Source: a virus
Lineage: Duplodnaviria; Caudoviricetes
DNA length: 42,742 nt
IMG/VR virus record: IMGVR_UViG_3300017655_000009
Coordinates: 1 to 42,742 of that record
Direction: 5' to 3' (one strand)
The translations under genes and the position numbers were made by a program. How positions within the stretch are numbered: position 1 is the first letter of the stretch; each line of letters opens with the position of its first letter. This document shows, in pieces, positions 18,127 through 27,208 of this stretch. Below the pieces are notes generated by a model. It did no database searches. It had not been told where the DNA came from and was given only the letters and a program-made list of their open reading frames with translations.

Positions 18127-20355
18127 ATGGCAGATAGTTCAATTGAACTAAGCTATGTCACGGAACTTGGAACTACATTGATAACCTATCTAAAAGATTT
18201 AGTTGTAAAACGAGATGACCTTGCTAATAAGTATGAAACATTGGAAACATTTAAGGCGTATGACGAATATATTTCCGCTAAAACTGAGAGTGACACGTTT
18301 GAAGGTTACGAAAGTTATAGCACACAGATTTTCATTCAAGCTGGACTTACTCCTGCTGAAGTTGCACTTGCTAATAAGTATAAGATGAATGTACCTAAAG
18401 CTAAGCGTCAAGCTTGTTTACTTTTGAAGAGAGCTGAAGTTCTTGCTAACTATGTAGAAAGAAATGACTACTACAGAATGCTTATGGGTCTTCCGGCTAC
18501 CATTGATATCACTCCACTTTTCGTTACAGATGAAATAGCTGGTGTTGATAATACTAAGCCACTCCATAATATGACTAATGATGAGATTTCAATCTTAACT
18601 TCTATGGGTTATATTGATAATTTCATTAAGCAATATCCTACTAAACCATATTTGAAATTCCTTGGTGCTAAGAAGATTGATCATATTTTTGCACGTACTG
18701 CTAAAAAGTTCGATGTAATCAGATCTGGAGCATTTGATATTTCCGCTATCAAAACCAGATTTGAATTGAACTATGAAATTTCTAGAAACTATATTCTCAA
18801 TAATTACTATAAGAAAAGAATGTCTCTTGATCAGCAGTATTATGATTCCTATATTGGATTTATCATTACTGCTAATGCTATCATTATGACTGTAAATGAT
18901 TCTATTGAAGTATTTAACAATAAGGAATATTATAATGAGCTGATGGTTCGTCAGATTCTCCAATCTCACGACCTCAATATTTATGATGATATTCCACTCT
19001 CATATCGTAAAGAAGTTGCTAATAATATCAAATCTCTCATCGTATCTAAAGGTACAGACGAGGTTATTTTCAAGATCTTTAAACTTTTTGGCTTCGACAA
19101 TGTTGTCGTTAAGAAATATTATCTTGTAAAAGAGCATAAGAAAGACACTGATGGTAAATACGTTTTCGAGTATGAAAGCGATGGAGTCACACCTGTATAT
19201 GATCATATGTATGATGTCAGCTTTGCTGCTGTAGATATTACTACTGATAATATTGATGCCGAAATACGGAAGCCAGAAAATAAAATAGCTTATACTGACG
19301 TAGTTCTCTCCGATAAATATTGGGGCGGATATGAATCTGATGATGATATTAAACAAAAACTCCTTAAAGAAGATTTTAACTATATTGATACCGATTATGT
19401 AACTATTGGTACTGCATACTTCCTTGCTGATATCGTAACGGAGATGTCTTATGCATTCTCCACTACTTTAGCAGTTAAGGATTATATTAAGAAACTTACA
19501 TTTATCGAACCGATCTTTGGTTTTACGATTGATGTATTCTACGCATTAACTATGCTCGGAGCTATGATTAGTAAGAAAGCTGGATTTGCTGGTGATATTG
19601 TATCTGATCCTGCTAATCTTGCATATCTCTACAAATTTAATTTCGATCGTAGTCTTACAGAAATACAAAATATCATAAAGAAATATAACTATAATGGAAA
19701 TGCATTAGATTATCTTCTGAAACGTCCAGCAGGTGAGATTCCTACAGCAGCAGCCCTTGTATCACTATATTTTGATAACAAGGACATCTATACGAAGCTG
19801 CTTGAGACTCGTTACAAAACTAAAAATCTCAATGAGTATTTGACAGTTAAAGAACTCATTGACTATCTTACTAAATCTAAACTTGTATCTGATATCTATA
19901 AAAAGAGAGATGGTACAATCGCCACTACTTATATAGATTATCTTGCAGATTCCAATCCATCTATTGCTGAGTATATTGATACACTTCCTATTGATGACAT
20001 TGACACCATAGCATTTAGACTTCTTACAAGTCTTGAAGACTATTTCTTAACAGATAGATTTACTTTCCTCTTCTTGAAAGTACCAACTCTTTCTGGTGAG
20101 AACTCTCTGAAACGTTATATGCTTAAAGTTATTAACACCTTCAAAGCATTTACAATCAATATCTTATCTCTTACAATCACATATTCTATTGATGATAGAA
20201 ATAACTTTATCAAGGTGATTGATACTACTAAATTCGATGGTATTCAGCACTCTATCAATAATATTAGTACAGTTGATACCGTCGGTTTGATATACTCTAC
20301 GAAAAAATCTTCTACCATAAAACTTAGAGATGAGATAGAAATAATACCAAATTAG
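18127..20355 (+). CDS. Large putative virion structural (baseplate-type) protein
   Basis: 742 aa; late-type promoter; SKGT motif reminiscent of baseplate wedge proteins. Confidence 0.55.
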   Translation: MADSSIELSYVTELGTTLITYLKDLVVKRDDLANKYETLETFKAYDEYISAKTESDTFEGYESYSTQIFIQAGLTPAEVALANKYKMNVPKAKRQACLLLKRAEVLANYVERNDYYRMLMGLPATIDITPLFVTDEIAGVDNTKPLHNMTNDEISILTSMGYIDNFIKQYPTKPYLKFLGAKKIDHIFARTAKKFDVIRSGAFDISAIKTRFELNYEISRNYILNNYYKKRMSLDQQYYDSYIGFIITANAIIMTVNDSIEVFNNKEYYNELMVRQILQSHDLNIYDDIPLSYRKEVANNIKSLIVSKGTDEVIFKIFKLFGFDNVVVKKYYLVKEHKKDTDGKYVFEYESDGVTPVYDHMYDVSFAAVDITTDNIDAEIRKPENKIAYTDVVLSDKYWGGYESDDDIKQKLLKEDFNYIDTDYVTIGTAYFLADIVTEMSYAFSTTLAVKDYIKKLTFIEPIFGFTIDVFYALTMLGAMISKKAGFAGDIVSDPANLAYLYKFNFDRSLTEIQNIIKKYNYNGNALDYLLKRPAGEIPTAAALVSLYFDNKDIYTKLLETRYKTKNLNEYLTVKELIDYLTKSKLVSDIYKKRDGTIATTYIDYLADSNPSIAEYIDTLPIDDIDTIAFRLLTSLEDYFLTDRFTFLFLKVPTLSGENSLKRYMLKVINTFKAFTINILSLTITYSIDDRNNFIKVIDTTKFDGIQHSINNISTVDTVGLIYSTKKSSTIKLRDEIEIIPN

Positions 20356-20372
20356 AGAGGAAATGATATTAA

Positions 20373-21197
20373 ATGAAAAATCAAATTGATAGAATGCGTT
20401 TCGGAGATGAATTGTCTGTAAATGGCAGAGTAATCATTCCTGGATTTAATGACATGAAAGAGCCTCAACGAATTCTCGCTGAGATTACCATCATTAATGA
20501 TATCACTGGCAAACCAGTATTCAGATTCAATGATGTAATTATTCTCGGAGCTACTTATATTCTGGAGAAATTCTTTAACCGTCGTTCGACTTATGCAATG
20601 TCTACTCTATCGTCCGATCTTTCTATTAATGCTAACGTTAATCCTACTCAAGATAATCTTAAAGATGAATTCGTATTCGGATTTATCGTAGGTACAGGTG
20701 GAGCAGAGTCTTCCGACCTTGTACGTTCTGTTAAATTCAAAGACAAAACTGTACCTTCCATTGTACCATTCCGTGTGGTAGATACTACGGCCGATCTTAC
20801 ACCTCTTGAGCAAGCTAAATATGCTCTCAAAAAACAAATTGGTGGTAAATACTACTACTATGCTAAACGATTTGATACTGATGTAGTTATTCGCCACTTG
20901 TTCACAGATGGTACAGAAATTCCATCGAACATTGACCAAACTGAAACTTCCCTTGGTCTTCTCGTATTTGGTGAAGCAGTATTGAAAGTATCTTCTACTG
21001 ACCTTCGTGAATATTTCATGGATCAATTTGGATCGATCGACAACTGCCGATTCAATTCGATTGGTTTGGTTGCTGGCTTCTTGAACGGTGCAGATTTCGC
21101 TGGTGTGAGAACTGTAACTAAAGTAAATATGCCTAACTTGTTCTTACGTGATACGGAATCATCCTATACTCTAGTTTACAAATTGTATAGCATCTAA
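20373..21197 (+). CDS. Putative virion structural protein
   Basis: Beta-rich; same late operon; VGTGGA, VPFR and YYAKRF segments. Confidence 0.55.
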   Translation: MKNQIDRMRFGDELSVNGRVIIPGFNDMKEPQRILAEITIINDITGKPVFRFNDVIILGATYILEKFFNRRSTYAMSTLSSDLSINANVNPTQDNLKDEFVFGFIVGTGGAESSDLVRSVKFKDKTVPSIVPFRVVDTTADLTPLEQAKYALKKQIGGKYYYYAKRFDTDVVIRHLFTDGTEIPSNIDQTETSLGLLVFGEAVLKVSSTDLREYFMDQFGSIDNCRFNSIGLVAGFLNGADFAGVRTVTKVNMPNLFLRDTESSYTLVYKLYSI

Positions 21198-21198
21198 T

Positions 21199-21474
21199 AT
21201 GAATAACTTATTTGAAGCTATCAATACAAAACTTTCTGAAGCTGAATTACCTTATAATAACTATGAGATTATATTTCCTTTTAGTCCATCAGCACCAACA
21301 CATCTACCAGTTATGCTTATGAAAAACAAAGTTACTGAGATTGTATTTGAAACAAGAATCTCTTTAGAAACTTTTAAAGATGCGGCAACTCTTCCAAATG
21401 ATGAATTTGAAAAATTAGTTGATGAATGTGTCATGGAAATTGGATTTATTGTGGAACGATACGAAATGAGGTAA
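21199..21474 (+). CDS. Small hypothetical protein, paralog of 21487..21747
   Basis: Shared N.KL.....PYN.YE.I motif. Confidence 0.75.
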   Translation: MNNLFEAINTKLSEAELPYNNYEIIFPFSPSAPTHLPVMLMKNKVTEIVFETRISLETFKDAATLPNDEFEKLVDECVMEIGFIVERYEMR

Positions 21475-21486
21475 GGAGGTAGAAAT

Positions 21487-21747
21487 ATGAGTAGTCAACG
21501 ATTTATCGATATATTTAATCCTAAATTAAAAGCATCTGGAGCACCCTATAATAAATATGAGGTAATCGATCAAGACACATCGAAACTATTATTGACTGCT
21601 ACACTCAGAAATACCAAAAAACCTGAAATAATTATTACTGTAACTCCTACAGTAGAAGACATGTATAAACCTTTCAATGAAATAGAAGATGCCATTCTAA
21701 GTAGAATGAAAACTTCCATTGATTTGATTGAAACTCCTTCAAAATAA
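21487..21747 (+). CDS. Small hypothetical protein, paralog of 21199..21474
   Basis: SD AAGGAGGT; shared motif. Confidence 0.8.
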   Translation: MSSQRFIDIFNPKLKASGAPYNKYEVIDQDTSKLLLTATLRNTKKPEIIITVTPTVEDMYKPFNEIEDAILSRMKTSIDLIETPSK

Positions 21748-21752
21748 AGATC

Positions 21753-21785
21753 CCGGATGGTGGAGAAATTCACCATCTGGTTTTT
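21753..21785 (+). terminator. Intrinsic terminator
   Basis: 12-bp stem with G-U pairs on plus strand, GAAA loop, T tract. Confidence 0.85.
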
Positions 21786-21825
21786 CTATTTTTGAAACCT
21801 TAGATAAATAATAATCAAATGAGAG

Positions 21826-23037
21826 GTGAGCAAATTGCGTCTTCTAAATAAAGATGAAGTACAAGAATTACTGTCTCTTGAATTCAACGATATCACTACT
21901 AAACGAATAAAGTCTTATTTCTGTAGGACTGTTAAACGCCCAGAACCGAGATTTGCTGTAACAGATTATTTTCACATCCCTGAAAACTCATGCTCTGCAA
22001 ATTTGCCTGGGTTTACAACTGTGGGTCTATTTCTATTTAACAAATTACTTACAGATAATGAAGCTCTTACACCTATATTGGGATATGTTAACGTTGCTAT
22101 TACTAGTAAAAACCTGAATAGGTTATATACATTGGCATCAGAAGCATTTTTTGAAGATAAAATTACTTGGACTAATATGTACTTTATTATAAACATGCTT
22201 GAGTGGATGGGTGGAGGAGATATGGCGGATCTTCTTAATCCATCTCTTACTACTCGACTTCTCACACTTCCTCCTGAATTTAAAAAGTTGAGAGAAGAAC
22301 TATTCAAGAAATATGAGAAAGAAATTGAAGCTGGTGATGTTACCATTGGTGCCAAGATAGAAGAAGAACTTGTAACTTTTGGTAAGAAATATTACTCGCA
22401 ATTTTCTGAATGGGATAACTTTGCTAGTGGGGCAAAGTTGGATTATGATAACTCCATGAAGACAATGCTCCTGATGAAAGGTCCAATTTTGGATACTCTT
22501 ACAGATCAATGGAAAGTTCTCAAATCTAACTATAACGATGGTATTTCTAAAGAAGAATATCCTACCTTTGCTGGTAGTGCCGTATCCGGTGTATATTCCC
22601 GTGCCCTTGGGGTTGCTCAGGGTGGATATACAGTTAAGAAATTTATTGCAACTCTCCAAGACGTTGCTGCTGCTGAAGATGGTTCCGATTGTGGAACTAA
22701 AGAATATCTGGATATTTATCTTGACCCATATTTCAAGAAGGAATTCCAATATATGAATATAATTGCTGATAATGGTAAACTTATCACATTGACTCCTGAA
22801 AATATTGGAAACTATTTAGGTAAACGGGTTAAGCTCCGTAGTCCTATGTATTGTAAGCATCAACCTCCTATGATTTGCAGCAAATGCCTTGGTATTCACC
22901 CATATAAAATGAATATTAAGATGATTGGCCTTGCATCTACTAAGATTGGTGCGACTTTGCTCAATAAGCGTTTAAAAGCGTTCCACGTTAAGAAGGTCTA
23001 TATGTACGACATCGAAGTAGAAGATTTATTTGGTTAA
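21826..23037 (+). CDS. Split multisubunit RNA polymerase beta'-like subunit (bridge helix to trigger loop), probably virion RNAP
   Basis: AQGGYTVKKF (bridge helix), DCGT, LRSPMYC, ICSKCLG (Zn site), LKAFH (trigger loop). Likely start is TTG at 21835 after GAGGTGA. Confidence 0.85.
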   Translation: MSKLRLLNKDEVQELLSLEFNDITTKRIKSYFCRTVKRPEPRFAVTDYFHIPENSCSANLPGFTTVGLFLFNKLLTDNEALTPILGYVNVAITSKNLNRLYTLASEAFFEDKITWTNMYFIINMLEWMGGGDMADLLNPSLTTRLLTLPPEFKKLREELFKKYEKEIEAGDVTIGAKIEEELVTFGKKYYSQFSEWDNFASGAKLDYDNSMKTMLLMKGPILDTLTDQWKVLKSNYNDGISKEEYPTFAGSAVSGVYSRALGVAQGGYTVKKFIATLQDVAAAEDGSDCGTKEYLDIYLDPYFKKEFQYMNIIADNGKLITLTPENIGNYLGKRVKLRSPMYCKHQPPMICSKCLGIHPYKMNIKMIGLASTKIGATLLNKRLKAFHVKKVYMYDIEVEDLFG

Positions 23038-23043
23038 TTAATG

Positions 23044-23066
23044 AGAGTAGGTGATGAGCCTACTCT
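23044..23066 (+). terminator. Terminator after RNAP subunit
   Basis: 8-bp stem AGAGTAGG/CCTACTCT followed by T-rich sequence. Confidence 0.65.
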
Positions 23067-23089
23067 TTACTGTCTTTTATTACGTGTAG

Positions 23090-23101
23090 GACTTATAATT
23101 A
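23090..23101 (+). promoter_or_regulatory. Late-type promoter GACT-TATAAT-TA
   Basis: Fits RACH-N6-TR between terminator and SD. Confidence 0.55.
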
Positions 23102-23130
23102 GAATAATAACTTAAGGAGAGATTAAAATC

Positions 23131-23595
23131 ATGTCAAATACTATATTATACTTTACAGCAGTAATTATCATCGGTATCGTACTCTTTTTAGTCAGTAGAC
23201 ACATTACAGTTATCAAGCAAAAAAATGAAAGATTTGTATTTAATCCTGCAATAGTACGATCATGGGAAGTTTGGTTAGATATTAATTCTGGTATTTATCT
23301 CACGCGATATTTTACAGAAACTATGGGAGCTGAATTGAAGAGTGAAGAAGAGTTGGCTATAACTACTGAATTTGCTCAAAGTGGTATTGACTATGCCACT
23401 AAAAATCTTATATCCCATATGCCAATATTTTATTTGCGATACATGACTCAGTTTTATGGCGAAGATAGAATGATAGAAGCTATTCGTGAAAAAATACGGG
23501 CTATATTCCTTAAAACAATTGAAAATCTTATCAAACGTCGTTTAACCGGTCCAGGAGTACCAACAAATTCCAATGATCAACAAACTCAAAACTAA
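23131..23595 (+). CDS. Membrane-anchored protein (single N-terminal TM helix)
   Basis: ILYFTAVIIIGIVLFLV; SD AAGGAG; monocistronic unit. Confidence 0.75.
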   Translation: MSNTILYFTAVIIIGIVLFLVSRHITVIKQKNERFVFNPAIVRSWEVWLDINSGIYLTRYFTETMGAELKSEEELAITTEFAQSGIDYATKNLISHMPIFYLRYMTQFYGEDRMIEAIREKIRAIFLKTIENLIKRRLTGPGVPTNSNDQQTQN

Positions 23596-23596
23596 A

Positions 23597-23642
23597 AAAA
23601 ATAAGAGAAGATAGGGATAATACCCTATCTTCTCTTATTTTT
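23597..23642. terminator. Bidirectional terminator
   Basis: 20-bp perfect inverted repeat including A/T tails. Confidence 0.9.
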
Positions 23643-23643
23643 G

Positions 23644-24324
23644 TTATTCACAAGGATCATCGTAATCAGTATCAATTACAACACTGGTTTCAATTACTTC
23701 AAGCTTCAGCCATTCGTTAATAACATTCAGAGCTTGTTTACACTGGTTGTATTGGCGAACGAATTTAAGTTTATGTAACGGTACATCGCCAAGAGTTGGA
23801 ATATATTTAACATTCCCTTTAAGGTTAGCAATATTTATGAAGTTTGATAACTCTTCGCCTTCCTTAGAAAGATGTTCTTCAATTCTTGGAACTATACCAT
23901 CATATAGATTTATTACAAACTCCGCGTATTCCTTAAATAGTTTGAATGCGGAATCAATATCTACGATTGTTTGCATATCACCGAAATATGTATCGTATTT
24001 CTTAATTATACAGTCTTTAAATCTATCCTTTAATCTAGAGATAGATTTACGAGTGTGTTCAGATCTGAATCTATCATAGAACGTTTGCTCAAACTTCGTT
24101 ATGAACGAAGATTGTTGTTCTAGATAGTCATGAGTAGTATTCAGTATTTGATATAGATCAAATTGCTGAATAGTGGTGAGTGCAATATCATAAGCGCAAT
24201 CAAAACTAGATACTACAGCCTTAAGATCACCCCTAACAATATTATGCCTAATAATATCAAGGGTTTGCTGTATTTCATTCCTCATTAAATTGTCAAGCTT
24301 TTTAACTACTACAAAATTTTCCAT
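23644..24324 (-). CDS. Hypothetical helical protein
   Basis: SD AGGAGG; 226 aa. Confidence 0.8.
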   Translation of the reverse strand: MENFVVVKKLDNLMRNEIQQTLDIIRHNIVRGDLKAVVSSFDCAYDIALTTIQQFDLYQILNTTHDYLEQQSSFITKFEQTFYDRFRSEHTRKSISRLKDRFKDCIIKKYDTYFGDMQTIVDIDSAFKLFKEYAEFVINLYDGIVPRIEEHLSKEGEELSNFINIANLKGNVKYIPTLGDVPLHKLKFVRQYNQCKQALNVINEWLKLEVIETSVVIDTDYDDPCE

Positions 24325-24366
24325 TGTCTACTTCCTCCTGAATCGTTATTTTTTTCAAAATAAAAG

Positions 24367-24392
24367 TCGGAGAAGGATTTCTCCTTCTCCGA
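24367..24392 (-). terminator. Intrinsic terminator
   Basis: 11-bp stem, GAAA loop on minus strand, U tract. Confidence 0.85.
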
Positions 24393-24435
24393 TACTTGTG
24401 TAACCATCCTGAACTAAAGGTCCAAAAAATAAAAT

Positions 24436-24495
24436 GTTAAATAAAGGCAGGGCAGCCAAGTTACAACTCGGCCACCCATACCTTCATTATTTAAC
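24436..24495 (-). other. 60-nt imperfect RNA hairpin in 3' UTR
   Basis: About 26 bp with two bulges; the four non-Watson-Crick pairs are all G-U on the minus strand. Confidence 0.7.
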
Positions 24496-24501
24496 GCCGT
24501 A

Positions 24502-25293
24502 TTACTCGGCGGATGCAGCTACTTCTTCATCCTCGGCATCGAGACGAGCGCACGCTTCTGCGATTTCGTCTTCCATCGAGAAGATGTCGTAATCCGATAC
24601 GAGTTGGCGAAGAATGAATGGTTCGATGTTCACATCATCCTGCCGGTATGCGATTTGTTCGAACAGAACGAATGTCGCATTTTCGACTTTGATGAATGTC
24701 GAAGCTTTGGTCATGCTCATGATCGGCTTCTCGTCCATACGGAGCTGAGTTTCTTTCGCCTCAGTCCATTGTCCATCAGTTACGAAGCTGAACACGGATA
24801 CGGTGTTACGCTCAGTGTCGTTACGGCCTTGATATTCACCGTTAGGGTCGCTGCGCTTAACTTTGTGAATGCCATATTTTTCCAGGAATGCTTGGAATTT
24901 CTCATCGTGGAAATATGCATACTTGCTGTCGTCTTTGTTGACGAGGAACAAGATGCCATCCACGAGTTCGAACGGATAGAACCGGTCTTGAGGGCGTTTG
25001 TTTTCAGGCATTGCGATCAGTTGGCCGTTAACCGATTTCCAGATCAGCCATCCTTCGACTTTCATCGGCTCGACCTTCGTGTAGTTGAAGCCGGCTGCCT
25101 TGATTTCGACGCGATGCGGCTGGTTGGATTGTTTCGGCGGCTTTGCTTGAGGCATGTTTTGCTTCTTGAAGTTTGCAAGCTGTGCCCGGTAATCCGGCTT
25201 TTCGTATTTCGGCTTTGTGGCAGCCCCTGTCGATTGAATCGCGAATGCTACCGGCTTTTTAGCTGCTGCTTGAGTTCTGTTAATTTTCTTCAT
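24502..25293 (-). CDS. Early hypothetical protein, GC-richer codons
   Basis: Early-type promoter; SD AAGGAG; basic disordered N-terminus and acidic C-terminus. Confidence 0.85.
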   Translation of the reverse strand: MKKINRTQAAAKKPVAFAIQSTGAATKPKYEKPDYRAQLANFKKQNMPQAKPPKQSNQPHRVEIKAAGFNYTKVEPMKVEGWLIWKSVNGQLIAMPENKRPQDRFYPFELVDGILFLVNKDDSKYAYFHDEKFQAFLEKYGIHKVKRSDPNGEYQGRNDTERNTVSVFSFVTDGQWTEAKETQLRMDEKPIMSMTKASTFIKVENATFVLFEQIAYRQDDVNIEPFILRQLVSDYDIFSMEDEIAEACARLDAEDEEVAASAE

Positions 25294-25367
25294 GGTTTCA
25301 TCTTCTCCTTCAGGTTTCGGATAGTTTTAGGTGCGTAACGGACACCAATTAATTGTTCGCACACAAT

Positions 25368-25381
25368 ATAATAATATATAT
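25368..25381 (-). promoter_or_regulatory. Early-type promoter ATATATATTATTAT
   Basis: Exact consensus copy. Confidence 0.75.
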
Positions 25382-25464
25382 TTGTTTTTCACTCCGGGAA
25401 GGCCTGGGGTGTGCCTCCCAGATCAATATTTTTTAATTTTGACCATAACTTAGTGAAATTCAAG

Positions 25465-26283
25465 CTAGGATTTTAATGTAAAGAATCTCTGGATCAATGG
25501 CAGGATATAATTCTTATAGTTAAAAGAAATGTCAATTTCAAATCCAGTTAGATACTCTTCGGATTTGAATATCTTATCATCCTTCCCAGCGAATAGAGAG
25601 TAATACGAGTCGGAATTGAGTTCTCTATAATACTGATACTCCAATTGCCGAGACTTATAGAATTTCGTAAATTGCTTTATCTTAGAGATTATTCTATCAT
25701 TAGAAGATGTCTCTAGTAGATTGAATATATCTTTCAGAAATTTATACATATAATCTTCATGTGGAGGAATCTTCTCATCTTTAATTCCTTTTACATCTAG
25801 AATCCTACCACTATTTCTATAATAGAATTCAATATTAGAGAACTTATGAAAGGATGTATATCTATTCTTCAAGGCGAATTCAACATTTCTAAATTCAGTC
25901 TTTTCACAGACCTTGTTTACTAAGAAGATAGCATCCTTTTTGATAGCTAGAATTTGATGCTCTTTAATGTCATTGGCAATGAAGAATTTCTTCCTCATAT
26001 TACTGAAAGCCTTACCATTAAGCTCCCTATTTAATTCTTTATCATCCTTACACATATCACCGATAACAATGGTTCTAACATGTTTAGGAAGTGATTCAAG
26101 ATATTCGATAGTTTGAGAGTCTAATAACTCATAATATTTAATGAGGTTTAGACCAGCACCTTTCATATCATATTCATAGATATTAGCATTGATGATATAG
26201 TCAATATCTTGAGTCCATAGATCACGTTTATATAGGGTGTAACCTAATTCTTCATCTTTATCTATTATTCTAAACTTATACAC
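25465..26283 (-). CDS. Short family-B-like polymerase palm protein
   Basis: Motif A-like IYEYDMKGAG and motif C-like AIKKDAIF; DVKGI downstream; no exonuclease domain. Confidence 0.5.
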   Translation of the reverse strand: MYKFRIIDKDEELGYTLYKRDLWTQDIDYIINANIYEYDMKGAGLNLIKYYELLDSQTIEYLESLPKHVRTIVIGDMCKDDKELNRELNGKAFSNMRKKFFIANDIKEHQILAIKKDAIFLVNKVCEKTEFRNVEFALKNRYTSFHKFSNIEFYYRNSGRILDVKGIKDEKIPPHEDYMYKFLKDIFNLLETSSNDRIISKIKQFTKFYKSRQLEYQYYRELNSDSYYSLFAGKDDKIFKSEEYLTGFEIDISFNYKNYILPLIQRFFTLKS

Positions 26284-26297
26284 ATAGATTCATTCCT

Positions 26298-26918
26298 TTA
26301 TTTTCCATTTGTGTTATCCTGAAGTAAAGCTATATCGTACATATCATAATCAGCTCTATAAATGAATAATGATTTCCCATCAACGATTAGACCTGTACTC
26401 TTATCAATATTGGTTGCAAAATAACCAACTTTATTACCAGTAAATGCTGCCAATGGAATACCCGATTGGGAACGCACTAAAATTAACACACTTTGACCGA
26501 CTGTATAGTTCTTCATTTCGTTTACCATCCTATTGATAATAGGAGTTGAACGATCGAAGTTTTTAATATTTACCTTCTTGGCAAATTCATTGAATACATC
26601 GGGTAATTCTTTATCTCGAATGATCATAGAACTGCCGACGTGAACCATTGATTTACCACCGATAGTTAAAGAAACCACAGCCGATTTCTGAACTATCTTA
26701 CCTTCGCTGTCTCGAATTTCAAATTTACTATCAGCACCAAGACTAATTGATTTACCTTCAATGTGATCAATGACTTGAGAATTTTCATCATAGGTATTGA
26801 TGACTTGATCTCGTCCTTTGATTGCTTCCTCAAAGCTGTTATACATATATTGCCCAGAGGTACAACTTGCCAATATGAATACCATCAATACCAATACAAC
26901 CATTTTAATTGTTTTCAT
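26298..26918 (-). CDS. Lipoprotein, DUF5052-like
   Basis: Signal peptide with lipobox LASC; RSQSGIP and DGKSLFIYRA segments. Confidence 0.7.
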   Translation of the reverse strand: MKTIKMVVLVLMVFILASCTSGQYMYNSFEEAIKGRDQVINTYDENSQVIDHIEGKSISLGADSKFEIRDSEGKIVQKSAVVSLTIGGKSMVHVGSSMIIRDKELPDVFNEFAKKVNIKNFDRSTPIINRMVNEMKNYTVGQSVLILVRSQSGIPLAAFTGNKVGYFATNIDKSTGLIVDGKSLFIYRADYDMYDIALLQDNTNGK

Positions 26919-26940
26919 TTTCTACACTCTCCCATGAGTT

Positions 26941-27117
26941 TTATTGTTTTTTGTTAATGTTAATCTGAATACTATCAATCTTTTCGATAGGAACAAGAAG
27001 TATTCCTTCATCCATCAAAATAGCTGTGAATTTCTGGTCATCCTTCAGACCCAATTTATCGAAATATTCTTTAGGGATTGTTATTTGACGTTTGCTTGTA
27101 ACCGTAATTGTTTTCAA
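26941..27117 (-). CDS. AbrB/MazE/SpoVT-family DNA-binding protein, 58 aa (missed by ORF track)
   Basis: TTG start after AAGGGTGA; MKTITVTSKRQITIPKEYFDKLGLKDDQKFTAILMDEGILLVPIEKIDSIQININKKQ. Confidence 0.85.
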   Translation of the reverse strand: MKTITVTSKRQITIPKEYFDKLGLKDDQKFTAILMDEGILLVPIEKIDSIQININKKQ

Positions 27118-27148
27118 GTATCATTCACCCTTTTTTGCAAAAAATAAA

Positions 27149-27174
27149 GAGAGAAGGTATTTCTACCTTCTCTC
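27149..27174 (-). terminator. Intrinsic terminator
   Basis: 11-bp stem, GAAA loop on minus strand, U tract. Confidence 0.85.
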
Positions 27175-27208
27175 CTGTTTACCGGTCAAGGAATGATTAG
27201 TCCGATTC

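Noticed and set aside
21795-21807. Late promoter upstream of the RNAP subunit (AAACCTTAGATAA)
   Set aside because: Position is right but spacing is one base off RACH-N6-TR, so it was not counted.
23094-23099. Host sigma-A -10 box TATAAT
   Set aside because: No TTGACA-like -35 at proper spacing; it fits the phage late motif better.
24604-25338. 244-aa plus-strand ORF
   Set aside because: Antisense shadow of the GC-richer gene 24502..25293, which has the SD, promoter and terminator.
25393-25423. GC-rich patch with small CTGGG/CCCAG inverted repeat
   Set aside because: Only a 5-6 bp stem, single occurrence, no function assignable.
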